Positions 39,952 through 48,769 of a stretch of DNA of 64,000 nucleotides are shown here, piece after piece. Location: NCBI GenBank assembly GCA_027449605.1, contig DAIDLH010000051.1:45037-109036 (forward strand), in the 5' to 3' direction. The stretch is from Candidatus Muproteobacteria bacterium. Its GTDB lineage: Bacteria > Pseudomonadota > Gammaproteobacteria > Acidiferrobacterales > Sulfurifustaceae. The notes under the pieces are model-generated. The model saw only the letters and a list, made by a program, of their open reading frames with translations, was not told the origin of the DNA and searched no databases. Each line of letters begins with the position of its first letter. Position 1 is the stretch's first letter. The position numbers were made by a program, and so were the translations under genes.

Positions 39952-41010
39952 TCAGAATGGTCCCTTAAACCAGTCGCCGGGAACGTCGTGGGGCGATTGG
40001 CGGTTTTTCTCCGCTGCATCCGGTTTCAGATCCTGGCCAAGCATCTCGCTCGTTACGCGCACAATATCCGCGGCACCGCGGTAATATCCGCGTGTCAACG
40101 CCGGGCTGGTCGGTGAAGGAAAATCAGGCATCGCGATCCGGCGTGGCGCCTGCTTCAAGACATCGAACAGATGCATGGCGCTCCGGGCGATCACCTCGCC
40201 CGCGAAAGAGCCGGTTTCCGAAGCCGTATCCAAGACAAGCAACCGGCCGGTCTTCCTGACCGAAACCGCTATCGCTTCCCAGTCCAGCGGCATGATCGTG
40301 CGCAGATCGATCAGATCGCAACCCACTCCCAATGCCTTCATGTGCGCCGTAGCATGAAGCGCTTCGATGGTCATATACGACATCGACACGATGGTCAGGT
40401 CGTCGCCTTCCTCGAGCAGGTGCGCCTTGCCGATGGGTACCCAGAAATCGCCTTGCGGCACATCCCCCTCGACGTTGTGCAGCCAGCGGTGCTCCAGAAA
40501 AACAACCGGGTTGTCGTCAAAAATGCTGGAAAGGAGCAATCCTTTCGCGTCGGCTGGCGTCGTGGGCATGACAACCTTGAGACCCGGCACGTGCGCGAAC
40601 CAGGACTGCAGGTTCTGCGAATGCGTAGGGCCCTGGCCCCATCCTCGGCCGAGAATCAAACGAATGGTAATAGGAACGGATTGCTGACCGCCGAACATGT
40701 AGTACCACTTGGCAGCGTTGTTCACGAGCTGGTCCATCGCCAGAAGGAAGAAATCCAGGCGCTGATGAGTCATGACGGGCCGGATGTCATTCATCGAGGC
40801 GCCTATGCCCACGCCGGTCATCGCGTTCTCCGAGGTCGGCATGTCGAACACCCTGTCCTCGCCGAACCGGTCCTGCAAACCAAGAGTGGTGCCGAAGATG
40901 CCTTTCGGATCATCCACTCCCAGGCCGTAACAAATGACCCGTTGATCGGCCTCCATGGCGCATGCCAATGCCTCGTTGATCGCCTTGGCGAAATTAATGA
41001 CGCGCATCAC
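39952..41010 (-). CDS. 2-oxoacid dehydrogenase E1 beta-like subunit
   Basis: FDMPTSENAMTG..IGA, GQGPTHSQ, PGLKVVMP, DLRTIMPLD. Confidence 0.9.
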   Translation of the reverse strand: MMRVINFAKAINEALACAMEADQRVICYGLGVDDPKGIFGTTLGLQDRFGEDRVFDMPTSENAMTGVGIGASMNDIRPVMTHQRLDFFLLAMDQLVNNAAKWYYMFGGQQSVPITIRLILGRGWGQGPTHSQNLQSWFAHVPGLKVVMPTTPADAKGLLLSSIFDDNPVVFLEHRWLHNVEGDVPQGDFWVPIGKAHLLEEGDDLTIVSMSYMTIEALHATAHMKALGVGCDLIDLRTIMPLDWEAIAVSVRKTGRLLVLDTASETGSFAGEVIARSAMHLFDVLKQAPRRIAMPDFPSPTSPALTRGYYRGAADIVRVTSEMLGQDLKPDAAEKNRQSPHDVPGDWFKGPF

Positions 41011-41030
41011 GGGTTGTCCATGTCGGCCAG

Positions 41031-42041
41031 TCAGTCCTTGTACAAATGGGTAAACGTCTCGTCCGCGGATGGAAAGGGCGAAGATTCGGCAAACGCAAAG
41101 GCCTGCTCCACCTCATGCCTGATATCCGCCTCCATCCGGCCGATGTCTTCCTTCCCCAGAGCGCCCGTACCGACCAACTGTCCTTCAAGCCGCTCGATCG
41201 GATCCTTGGATTTCCAGGACAGAAATTCGTCTTGGGACCGGTAACCGATATCGTTGTCAAAATTCGGTCCGCAATGCTCCCGCCAACGGTAAGTGGTAAA
41301 TTCAAAAAACCGAGGGCCGGCGCCATTCCGGATCTCCTCGACCGCAGAGCGGACGCGGGTGTATACATCAACCACGTCATTGCCGTCACCCGATTCGCTC
41401 GGGACGCCCAGGGACCCGACCATGGCGTGAATCGAGCGCCCTGGAGGCTGACGGACTCGCATGGGGGAATAAACCGAATAAAAATTATTCTCGCACACAA
41501 AAAGCACGGGTAGCTTCTTCAACGCGGCGAAATTGGCCGATTCGAAAAATACGCCTTCCTCGACGGCGCCATCACCTAAAAAAACGGTGCTGATCTGATC
41601 GCCACCACGCAGCCTGATCGACAACCCCAACCCTACGCCCACCGGGATAGTGCTGGCGACAATCGCCGTGCTCCCCATGAAACCGACATCGCGGTCGATG
41701 AGATGCATTGAACCGCCCTTTCCGCCGCTGCAGCCCGTGGCTTTACCATAGATTTCCGCGATCATTTTTTTGAGGTCGCCGCCCTTTCCGAGGTAGTGGC
41801 CATGGGCGCGGTGACCGCTCACCGCAAAGTCGCCCGCACGCAAGGCCATTCCAACCGCGGCGGATACCGCCTCCTGGCCAATGGAAAGATGCGTCGGACA
41901 ACGCATCTTTCCCTCGGGATAGCGCTCGGCGATGGCTTCTTCCACCATCCGAATCCGCTTCATCCGGTAAAGCAGTTCACGGGCCAGGCCCGCATCCGCA
42001 ACACGCGGATTGTCCAGGCTTTCCCTGGCGGTCAAACTCAT
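41031..42041 (-). CDS. 2-oxoacid dehydrogenase E1 alpha-like ThDP subunit
   Basis: HLSIGQEA, GKGGSMH, GDGA...ENN ThDP motif, YRWREHCG; ATGA overlap with the upstream gene. Confidence 0.9.
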   Translation of the reverse strand: MSLTARESLDNPRVADAGLARELLYRMKRIRMVEEAIAERYPEGKMRCPTHLSIGQEAVSAAVGMALRAGDFAVSGHRAHGHYLGKGGDLKKMIAEIYGKATGCSGGKGGSMHLIDRDVGFMGSTAIVASTIPVGVGLGLSIRLRGGDQISTVFLGDGAVEEGVFFESANFAALKKLPVLFVCENNFYSVYSPMRVRQPPGRSIHAMVGSLGVPSESGDGNDVVDVYTRVRSAVEEIRNGAGPRFFEFTTYRWREHCGPNFDNDIGYRSQDEFLSWKSKDPIERLEGQLVGTGALGKEDIGRMEADIRHEVEQAFAFAESSPFPSADETFTHLYKD

Positions 42042-42697
42042 GGAATGAACCAGTAATAATCGCCGCTGTAGCCCACTTCCTTGAAGAACTCCTTCCATTC
42101 GTCGACGTGCATGATCGTGCGCCCGGTCAGATTCCAGTCATACATCCGGCGCTTCTCCTCTTCGTTGCGATATGCATCGACGGTAATGAAACTGCCGCGC
42201 CGGCTGACGCGTTCGATCTCGCGCAACGCTTGCCCGCATTCGTTTCTCTCGAGGTTGTGTACGGTATTGATGGAAATAACCATGTCAAAACTTTTATCGG
42301 GAAACGGGAGATGATTCGCATTGGCCACCTGAACGTGCGGCTTCATGTCTTCGATCGCGTTCTCGATGGCGTAAGCGGAAATATCAACTCCCTTCACCGT
42401 TATGCCGGGAATCAACAACGCCATATCGTGCAACATGAATCCCTTGGCGCAACCCACGTCCAGCACGGAACTTTCCGCGCTCAACTTGAAATGTTGCCGG
42501 AAAGTGGGAATTACCGGTTGCCAGAAGCGAGATTGGTAATTGAATCCGCCGTACCCGTGGCTGCGGTCACCGTCGAAGAACTCTTTTCCAAACCGGCGGG
42601 CAATGGCACGATCTTCTTCGCTCTTGGTCTTGCCACGCTCTTCGACATTGCGCTTGGTGCGCGGATAATTTTCCATCAAATCAATTTCCATTCCCAT
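42038..42697 (-). CDS. Class I SAM-dependent methyltransferase
   Basis: FFDGDR.HGYGG, VLDVGCAKGFML, GVDIS, SINTVHNL. Confidence 0.85.
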   Translation of the reverse strand: MGMEIDLMENYPRTKRNVEERGKTKSEEDRAIARRFGKEFFDGDRSHGYGGFNYQSRFWQPVIPTFRQHFKLSAESSVLDVGCAKGFMLHDMALLIPGITVKGVDISAYAIENAIEDMKPHVQVANANHLPFPDKSFDMVISINTVHNLERNECGQALREIERVSRRGSFITVDAYRNEEEKRRMYDWNLTGRTIMHVDEWKEFFKEVGYSGDYYWFIP

Positions 42698-42783
42698 GTT
42701 TCTCCTGTCATTCCCCATATTCCGGCTTCCAACAACGAACCGATGCAAGCCCTGAAAATAAAAATACGAGCGTGTCGTGCGAG

Positions 42784-43767
42784 TTACTTCTTATGTATGT
42801 AATCCAGGGGCTGCTGTTTGAGCGCTTCAAGATTTTCTTCCATCCACGCGATGGTTTCATCTATACCTTGCTCCAACCCGACCTGATCCCGCCACCCGAG
42901 CGAGTGCCGTGCCTTACTGCTATCGAGGAGATACGCGGCGTCCTTCCCCAGCCGCTCGCTCACTATCTCAACGTGATCCTCGAAGGATTTCCCCATGCGG
43001 ATGCATATCATTTCAACTATCTCGCGAATCGACAATGTCCGAACCGTTGACAAATGATATATCTCGCCGGGTTTTCCCTGAAGCGCCGCTTTGAGCGTGC
43101 CGTCCGATACGTCACGAATGTGGATGAACGAGCGTACCGACTGGCCGCCGCCATGAAGCTGCAGCTTGCGGCCGAGCCTTACGAATAGCGCCGTTCGGGG
43201 AATAATCCGGTAAAGCTGCTGACCCGGTCCGTACACGTTCGCCGCCCGCGTGAAAACGACCGGAAATCCGTAAGCACTGAAGAACGTCTTCAGGCTCATG
43301 TCGCATGCGGCCCGCGATACCGCGTAGGGCGTGCTGGGATTGTAGGATGCATCTTCGGTCACGTTACCCTGGCAGCTCCCGTAGACCTCGGGCGTGGAGA
43401 TGTGCACATATTTGTCCAGAAAATCACAGTGACGCAACCGATCATGCAGACGGACGCTCGAAACCGTATTGGTCATGAACCAGTCTTCCGGATGCTCCCA
43501 GCTTTGGGCGACCATGCTCTGCGCCGCAAAATTCACGACGTACTCGGGTCTGAATTGCAGTATCACCTCCATGATCCGGGCAAGATCATGGTTAAGATCA
43601 AGCTGGTGGAACCGGAATGACGGATACGATTTCCACTTGTAGGGCAAAAAAGCATCGTGAGGTTCAGGCGAACGACTGATACCCATGACCTCCGCACTGG
43701 CTTCCAGGGCATAACGGACAAAGCTCGCCCCCGAAAATGAATTACTCCCGATAACGACCAGTTTCAT
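42784..43767 (-). CDS. RmlB/Gmd-like NDP-sugar 4,6-dehydratase
   Basis: NFAAQSMV, STPEVYG, PSTPYAVSR (Arg at the usual Lys), NVYGPGQ, RSFIHI.D, GKDAAY.LD. Confidence 0.78.
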   Translation of the reverse strand: MKLVVIGSNSFSGASFVRYALEASAEVMGISRSPEPHDAFLPYKWKSYPSFRFHQLDLNHDLARIMEVILQFRPEYVVNFAAQSMVAQSWEHPEDWFMTNTVSSVRLHDRLRHCDFLDKYVHISTPEVYGSCQGNVTEDASYNPSTPYAVSRAACDMSLKTFFSAYGFPVVFTRAANVYGPGQQLYRIIPRTALFVRLGRKLQLHGGGQSVRSFIHIRDVSDGTLKAALQGKPGEIYHLSTVRTLSIREIVEMICIRMGKSFEDHVEIVSERLGKDAAYLLDSSKARHSLGWRDQVGLEQGIDETIAWMEENLEALKQQPLDYIHKK

Positions 43768-43785
43768 ATCGCGCGTGTCCCGACG

Positions 43786-44379
43786 TTAATCATGAGAAGT
43801 CGCCGACAAGGTTTGCATCACCATATGTCCAACGATCAGCTGCAGATCCTCGGCGATCTGCATGTCGTTGACCGGGAAATGAATGGCGACGTCGGCGAGC
43901 TTCAGGCACTGCCCGCCCGAATACCCGAGCACGGCGAATGACTTTACCCCGATCTCCCTGGCCTTTTGCAGCGCCTTAACGACATTGGGTGAATTCCCGC
44001 TGCCTGACAGGACGATGAGGACGTCACCGGCTTCGGCTTGTACCGCCAGTTGCCGCGAAAATATTTCGTCATAACCGAGATCGTTTCCCAGACACGTTAA
44101 CACCGAGGTGTTGGCCGATAGGGCCGAAACCTTAATGCCTTGACCGTCTTTAGCGACGCCATACAGCAAATCATTGGAAATATGCATGGCATTGGCGGCA
44201 CTACCGCCGTTACCGCACAAAAAGACCCGGCGTTTTTCCTTCCACGCCGTGTGGAGACCCTCAGCCAGCAACAATACCTTGCTCCAGTCGTATCCGGTCA
44301 GGCTGGACTGAAGACGCACCGCATAACCCGCTAGCGATTCCTTGTTCATTACGTTCACCGCCGTTTGTCTTTGCGACAT
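43786..44379 (-). CDS. SIS-domain GmhA-like sugar-phosphate isomerase
   Basis: CGNGGSAANA.H, ND.GY..IF..Q, SGSGNSPNV. Confidence 0.85.
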   Translation of the reverse strand: MSQRQTAVNVMNKESLAGYAVRLQSSLTGYDWSKVLLLAEGLHTAWKEKRRVFLCGNGGSAANAMHISNDLLYGVAKDGQGIKVSALSANTSVLTCLGNDLGYDEIFSRQLAVQAEAGDVLIVLSGSGNSPNVVKALQKAREIGVKSFAVLGYSGGQCLKLADVAIHFPVNDMQIAEDLQLIVGHMVMQTLSATSHD

Positions 44380-44424
44380 GTATGAATTAATCGGCCTAAT
44401 TTCTGCGGAAGTGGCTGATAAGCA

Positions 44425-45363
44425 TTACACCACCGATTTTTTCATCCACTTTAAATTATAAAATTTTTCTTCATCCTTCAGCAGCCCCTTGCCATAGGCA
44501 TCGATGATCTCCTTGATGGCGTCCTCTACGGTCTTCTTGGGTGAAAAGCCGGTCGCCAGCAGTTTGTCGGAGTTCACCCGGTACGATCGGGGATCGTTCG
44601 ATTCGGTAATCTTGATTTCCGCCGGAACGTGTTTTTTTACCAGCTCGGCGATGGACAGAATCGACAGATTCTCAAATCCGGCGTTATAGATGCCTTGCGC
44701 CTTGTCTCGCTTGTCGATGAAATGCAGGTAAAGATCCGTGATATCGTCGATATGGATATTTGGACGCGTCTGCTGGCCGCCGAAAACTGTTATCAAACCC
44801 CGGGTCAGCGCCTGCATGGTCAGCATGTTCACCGACACATCCAGTCTCATGCGCGGGGAATATCCACAGACCGTGGCTGGACGGACAATTTGAACCAGCA
44901 AATCCCGGCTATAGCTGAGCAACACCCGCTCGGCGACCATCTTGGTCTTGTTGTATTCCGAAATAGGTTTCAAGGGCAGATCTTCGGTTACTTTCTCCTC
45001 GTCTTTGATCCCATAAACGCTCCCCGAGGAGGCATAGATGAATTGCCTGACTTTGTTGCGAACCGCCGCGTCCGCCAGCTGCATGGTTGCCAGGGCGCTG
45101 ATCTCCCACGTCAGTTTGGGGTCGAGGTCGCCGCATGGATCGTTCGCGACAGAAGCAAGATGGATAACGATATCCATTCCCTTCAGCGAAATCTCATCGG
45201 TTTTGCGGACGTCACCCTTGATGACTTCGAGGCGATCGTGAGGAGCAAGGAAGTTCCCGAACCACATGGTGTCCACCACGGTCACCTGATAACCCCTCGC
45301 CAATAGTTTGGGCACCAGGATCGTCCCCTTGTAACCGCAACCGCCTGTAACCAAAACGCGCAT
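44425..45363 (-). CDS. Extended SDR NDP-sugar epimerase/dehydratase
   Basis: TGGCGYKG, HLASVANDP, ASSGSVYG, YNKTK, RPNIHI.D. Confidence 0.82.
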   Translation of the reverse strand: MRVLVTGGCGYKGTILVPKLLARGYQVTVVDTMWFGNFLAPHDRLEVIKGDVRKTDEISLKGMDIVIHLASVANDPCGDLDPKLTWEISALATMQLADAAVRNKVRQFIYASSGSVYGIKDEEKVTEDLPLKPISEYNKTKMVAERVLLSYSRDLLVQIVRPATVCGYSPRMRLDVSVNMLTMQALTRGLITVFGGQQTRPNIHIDDITDLYLHFIDKRDKAQGIYNAGFENLSILSIAELVKKHVPAEIKITESNDPRSYRVNSDKLLATGFSPKKTVEDAIKEIIDAYGKGLLKDEEKFYNLKWMKKSVV

Positions 45364-45387
45364 CTACCTCTCCTTTAACTTAGCTTG

Positions 45388-46632
45388 TTACCCGAAACCC
45401 GTTCTCGCCGGCAACGGACCCGGTCCGGCTTTATCCGTTTCATAGCGATCAAGCAGAAATTCCGCGAAGGCAAAGGCGCTCGTGAACGCGGGCGAGATCG
45501 CATTGAGCACGTGCATGGAAGACGCCGTCTGCTCGACAATGAAGTCCATCTCGAGCTTCTTGGAACGCAAATTGACCAGCTGCGGACGAATTCCGGTTTT
45601 ATCCGTGGGGATAAGATCGGCCGAAGTAATTTCCGGCACGAGGCGGCGCGCCGCCCGCACGAAATTCGTCTTGATGTATTTTGCCAGCTCATGATGGACC
45701 AATCGGCGAAACCCCTGGTGATTTTTAAAATACATCTCGACCAGTTCCCATGCGATTCCCATGCTTTCCGAGACATTGATCCCTTTCAACAGGCCGTAGT
45801 TTTCCCTCCCCAACGCGGGTATGGCTGTGGGACCGGCGTAGACGTCGCCGGAAATGACGCGAGTAAGGTGCACACCCAGAAAAGGCAGGGAAACATCAGG
45901 GACGGGGTATATGTTGGCCTTGACCAGGTCGCTTCGTTCCTGACGCAGTTTAAAATAGATGCCCTTGAACGGCAGCAGGATATAATCGTTCGCCAAACCG
46001 AACTTTTTCGCAATACGGTCGGCGTAAGCGCCGGCACAATTGAAGAAATACCCATACCTATATCCGCTGCCGCTAGCATACACGATATTCTGTTCAGGTT
46101 TGACCGCCGTAACTTCCTGTCCGGTCATCAACGTCACACCCTTTTCACGTAACAAGTTCCAGAGTTTTTTGACCACGCCGATGCTGTCGATAACAGCGGT
46201 ATCGGGGCAGTATAACCCGAACCGGTGGGCACGTGCGTGCGGCTCGATCTCCCTGATCCCCGATTCGCTCATTTTTACCGCTCGCAGATTGTTTGTCTTG
46301 GCATTGACCAGCAATCGTTCGATGATCGGAAGATCGTGCTCGTCCGTCGCGATGATTATTTTACCGGACTGAAGACACGATACACCGTGCTCCGCCGCGA
46401 ACACGCGCATGCGCGCGCCTCCCTTTGAACACAGCTGAGCCTTCAGGGTGTCCCGGCCGTAGTAAATGCCGGAATGAAGCACGCCGCTGTTCCGGCCGCT
46501 GGCGTGTTTCCCCGGCTGGGGTTCTTTCTCAAGCACGCAAACGTTGGCTTTGGGATATCGTTTCTTCAGCTCAAGGCCCAGCGTCAGGCCAACAATTCCC
46601 GCACCAACAATCAAAAAATCGTAACTCCGCAC
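45388..46632 (-). CDS. lhgO: L-2-hydroxyglutarate oxidase-like FAD oxidoreductase
   Basis: GAGIVG, HASGRNSGVLHSGIYY, YPVPD...PFLGVH, GIRPQ, NAISPAFTS. Confidence 0.85.
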   Translation of the reverse strand: MRSYDFLIVGAGIVGLTLGLELKKRYPKANVCVLEKEPQPGKHASGRNSGVLHSGIYYGRDTLKAQLCSKGGARMRVFAAEHGVSCLQSGKIIIATDEHDLPIIERLLVNAKTNNLRAVKMSESGIREIEPHARAHRFGLYCPDTAVIDSIGVVKKLWNLLREKGVTLMTGQEVTAVKPEQNIVYASGSGYRYGYFFNCAGAYADRIAKKFGLANDYILLPFKGIYFKLRQERSDLVKANIYPVPDVSLPFLGVHLTRVISGDVYAGPTAIPALGRENYGLLKGINVSESMGIAWELVEMYFKNHQGFRRLVHHELAKYIKTNFVRAARRLVPEITSADLIPTDKTGIRPQLVNLRSKKLEMDFIVEQTASSMHVLNAISPAFTSAFAFAEFLLDRYETDKAGPGPLPARTGFG

Positions 46633-46664
46633 GTATGAAGCACTTGATAGTGGTTGCTGGATTT

Positions 46665-47645
46665 TTAAGCGGTGCTCGCGACGGCTTGAAGGTAATCGGC
46701 ATAGGACTTGGCGATGCCCTCGCGAAAACCGGTCTTGGCTTGCCAGCCGAGTGCGTCCAGGCGTGAGACGTCCAGCAGCTTGCGCGGCGTGCCATCTGGC
46801 TTGGAGGTATCGAACACCAGTTGCCCGCGAAAGCCGACGACCTCGGCGATCAGTTCCGCGGCTTCGCGGATGGTAATCTCCTTGCCGACGCCGATGTTGA
46901 TGAATTCACCGACGTCAACGGCGCTGCATCGCTTCATCAGGAACACGCAGGCATCCGCAAGGTCGTCGCTGTAGAGAAACTCGCGCTTCGGCGATCCGGT
47001 GCCCCAGACCACTACCTCTTTGGCATTCTGCATCTTGGCCTCGTGCATCTTGCGAATCAGCGCCGGCAACACGTGTGAGCCCTGGAGGTCGTAGTTGTCT
47101 CCGGGACCGTAAAGATTGGTCGGCATGACACTCATGAAGTTGGTGCCGTACTGGCGGTTATAGGCATCGCACATCTTGATGCCGGCGATCTTAGCAATGG
47201 CATAGGGCTCGTTGGTGGGCTCGAGCAGCCCCGTCAGCAGATACTCTTCCTTCATCGGCTGGGGCGCGTGTTTGGGATAGATGCAGCTCGACCCGAGGAA
47301 CATGAGCTTCTTCACGCCGTGCTTGTACGAAGCATGGATGATGTTCGACTCCATCATCAGGTTTTGATAAATGAAATCGGCGCGGTAGATGTTGTTGGCA
47401 TTGATGCCGCCAACCTTGGCGGCGGCGAGAAACACGTACTCCGGTTTTTGCTTTTCAAAGAACTCATCGACCGCACGCTGATCAGTGAGGTCGAGTTCGG
47501 AATGAGTACGAGTGACGATATTGGTGTACCCCCCCTCACCCCGACCCTCTCCCGCATGCGGAGAGGGGGAAGTCAAACGGCGCATGATGGCCGAACCCAC
47601 CAGCCCCCGATGACCTGCCACATAAATCTTGCTATCGGATTTCAT
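46665..47645 (-). CDS. fcl: GDP-L-fucose synthase carrying an in-frame repeat insertion
   Basis: [55 protein letters not shown]. Confidence 0.96.
   Translation of the reverse strand: MKSDSKIYVAGHRGLVGSAIMRRLTSPSPHAGEGRGEGGYTNIVTRTHSELDLTDQRAVDEFFEKQKPEYVFLAAAKVGGINANNIYRADFIYQNLMMESNIIHASYKHGVKKLMFLGSSCIYPKHAPQPMKEEYLLTGLLEPTNEPYAIAKIAGIKMCDAYNRQYGTNFMSVMPTNLYGPGDNYDLQGSHVLPALIRKMHEAKMQNAKEVVVWGTGSPKREFLYSDDLADACVFLMKRCSAVDVGEFINIGVGKEITIREAAELIAEVVGFRGQLVFDTSKPDGTPRKLLDVSRLDALGWQAKTGFREGIAKSYADYLQAVASTA
47529..47573. repeat. Palindromic REP-like element inside the fcl coding sequence
   Basis: CCCCCTCACCCCGACCCTCTCCCGCATGCGGAGAGGGGGA, encoding [15 protein letters not shown]; same family as the copies at 62862-62897 and 62934-62969. 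Confidence 0.85.
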
Positions 47646-47648
47646 AAG

Positions 47649-48767
47649 CTATTCGTGATAATCGTACGCGGAATACCCGTGTCGTTTCACCAGCTCGTCG
47701 CGCTCCGCCGCCTTCAGGTCCTCGCGCACCATCTCGGATACTAATTCCTTGAACTTTATTTTCGGTTTCCAGCCGAGCTTCTTGCGCGCCTTGGTGGCGT
47801 CGCCGAGCAGGGTTTCGACTTCGGTGGGACGGAAATAACGCGGATCGACCCGCACGATCGTCTGACTCTTTTTGGGGCCGTTCTTTTCGCCGCCTTCGAT
47901 ACGGCCGATGACGCCGGCTTCCTTCAGTCCCTTGCCGCGCCACTCAATGATCATTCCCAGTTCCCGGGCGGCGGCGTTGACGAAATCGCGTACGCTGTAC
48001 TGCTCGCCGGTGGCGATGACAAAGTCTTCCGGATTTTTCTGCTGCAATACCAGCCACTGCGCCTCGACGTAATCGCGGGCGTGGCCCCAGTCGCGCTTGG
48101 CGTCCAGGTTGCCGAGATAGAGACAATCCTGCAAACCCAGCTTGATGCGCGCCATGGCCCGGGTAATCTTGCGCGTGACAAACGTTTCACCGCGGATCGG
48201 CGATTCGTGGTTGAAGAGAATCCCGTTGCAGGCATACATGCCGTAGGCCTCGCGGTAATTCACCGTGATCCAGTAGGCGTAGAGCTTGGCCACGGCGTAC
48301 GGCGAGCGCGGATAAAACGGCGTGGTCTCGCGCTGGGGTATTTCCTGAACCTTGCCGTAGAGTTCGGAAGTCGAGGCTTGGTAAAACCGGGTTTCTTTTT
48401 CCAGGCCCAAAATACGGATGGCCTCGAGCAAGCGCAAGGCGCCTAACGCATCGGAATCCGCCGTGTATTCCGGTTCCTCGAACGACACGGCCACGTGACT
48501 CTGCGCCGCGAGATTGTAAATCTCGGTGGGCTGCACCTGCTGCACGATGCGTATCAGGCTGCTGGAATCAGTCATGTCGCCATAATGCAGGACGAATTTG
48601 CGGCCCTTCATGTGCGGATCCTGATACAAATGATCGATGCGATCCGTGTTGAACAGCGAGGTGCGGCGCTTGATGCCGTGCACCTCGTAGCCCTTTTTCA
48701 GCAGAAACTCGGCGAGGTATGCCCCGTCCTGTCCGGTAATGCCCGTGATCAACGCTTTCTTTGCCAT
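47649..48767 (-). CDS. gmd: GDP-mannose 4,6-dehydratase
   Basis: [58 protein letters not shown]. Confidence 0.97.
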   Translation of the reverse strand: MAKKALITGITGQDGAYLAEFLLKKGYEVHGIKRRTSLFNTDRIDHLYQDPHMKGRKFVLHYGDMTDSSSLIRIVQQVQPTEIYNLAAQSHVAVSFEEPEYTADSDALGALRLLEAIRILGLEKETRFYQASTSELYGKVQEIPQRETTPFYPRSPYAVAKLYAYWITVNYREAYGMYACNGILFNHESPIRGETFVTRKITRAMARIKLGLQDCLYLGNLDAKRDWGHARDYVEAQWLVLQQKNPEDFVIATGEQYSVRDFVNAAARELGMIIEWRGKGLKEAGVIGRIEGGEKNGPKKSQTIVRVDPRYFRPTEVETLLGDATKARKKLGWKPKIKFKELVSEMVREDLKAAERDELVKRHGYSAYDYHE

Positions 48768-48769
48768 GC

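Noticed and set aside
39952-42041. Housekeeping pyruvate/acetoin dehydrogenase
   Set aside because: No E2 or E3 nearby, and the pair is embedded and translationally coupled in a sugar operon; a glycan role is more likely but unproven.
44197-44208. Second ops-like GGCGGTAG on the minus strand
   Set aside because: Lies inside the SIS gene coding GGSA and continues TGCC rather than NNTG; probably chance.
32986-46632. Secondary-metabolite (antibiotic) cluster
   Set aside because: No PKS, NRPS, aglycone or resistance genes; the surrounding wzm/wzt, WbpL/WbpM and ops/RfaH point to a cell-surface glycan.
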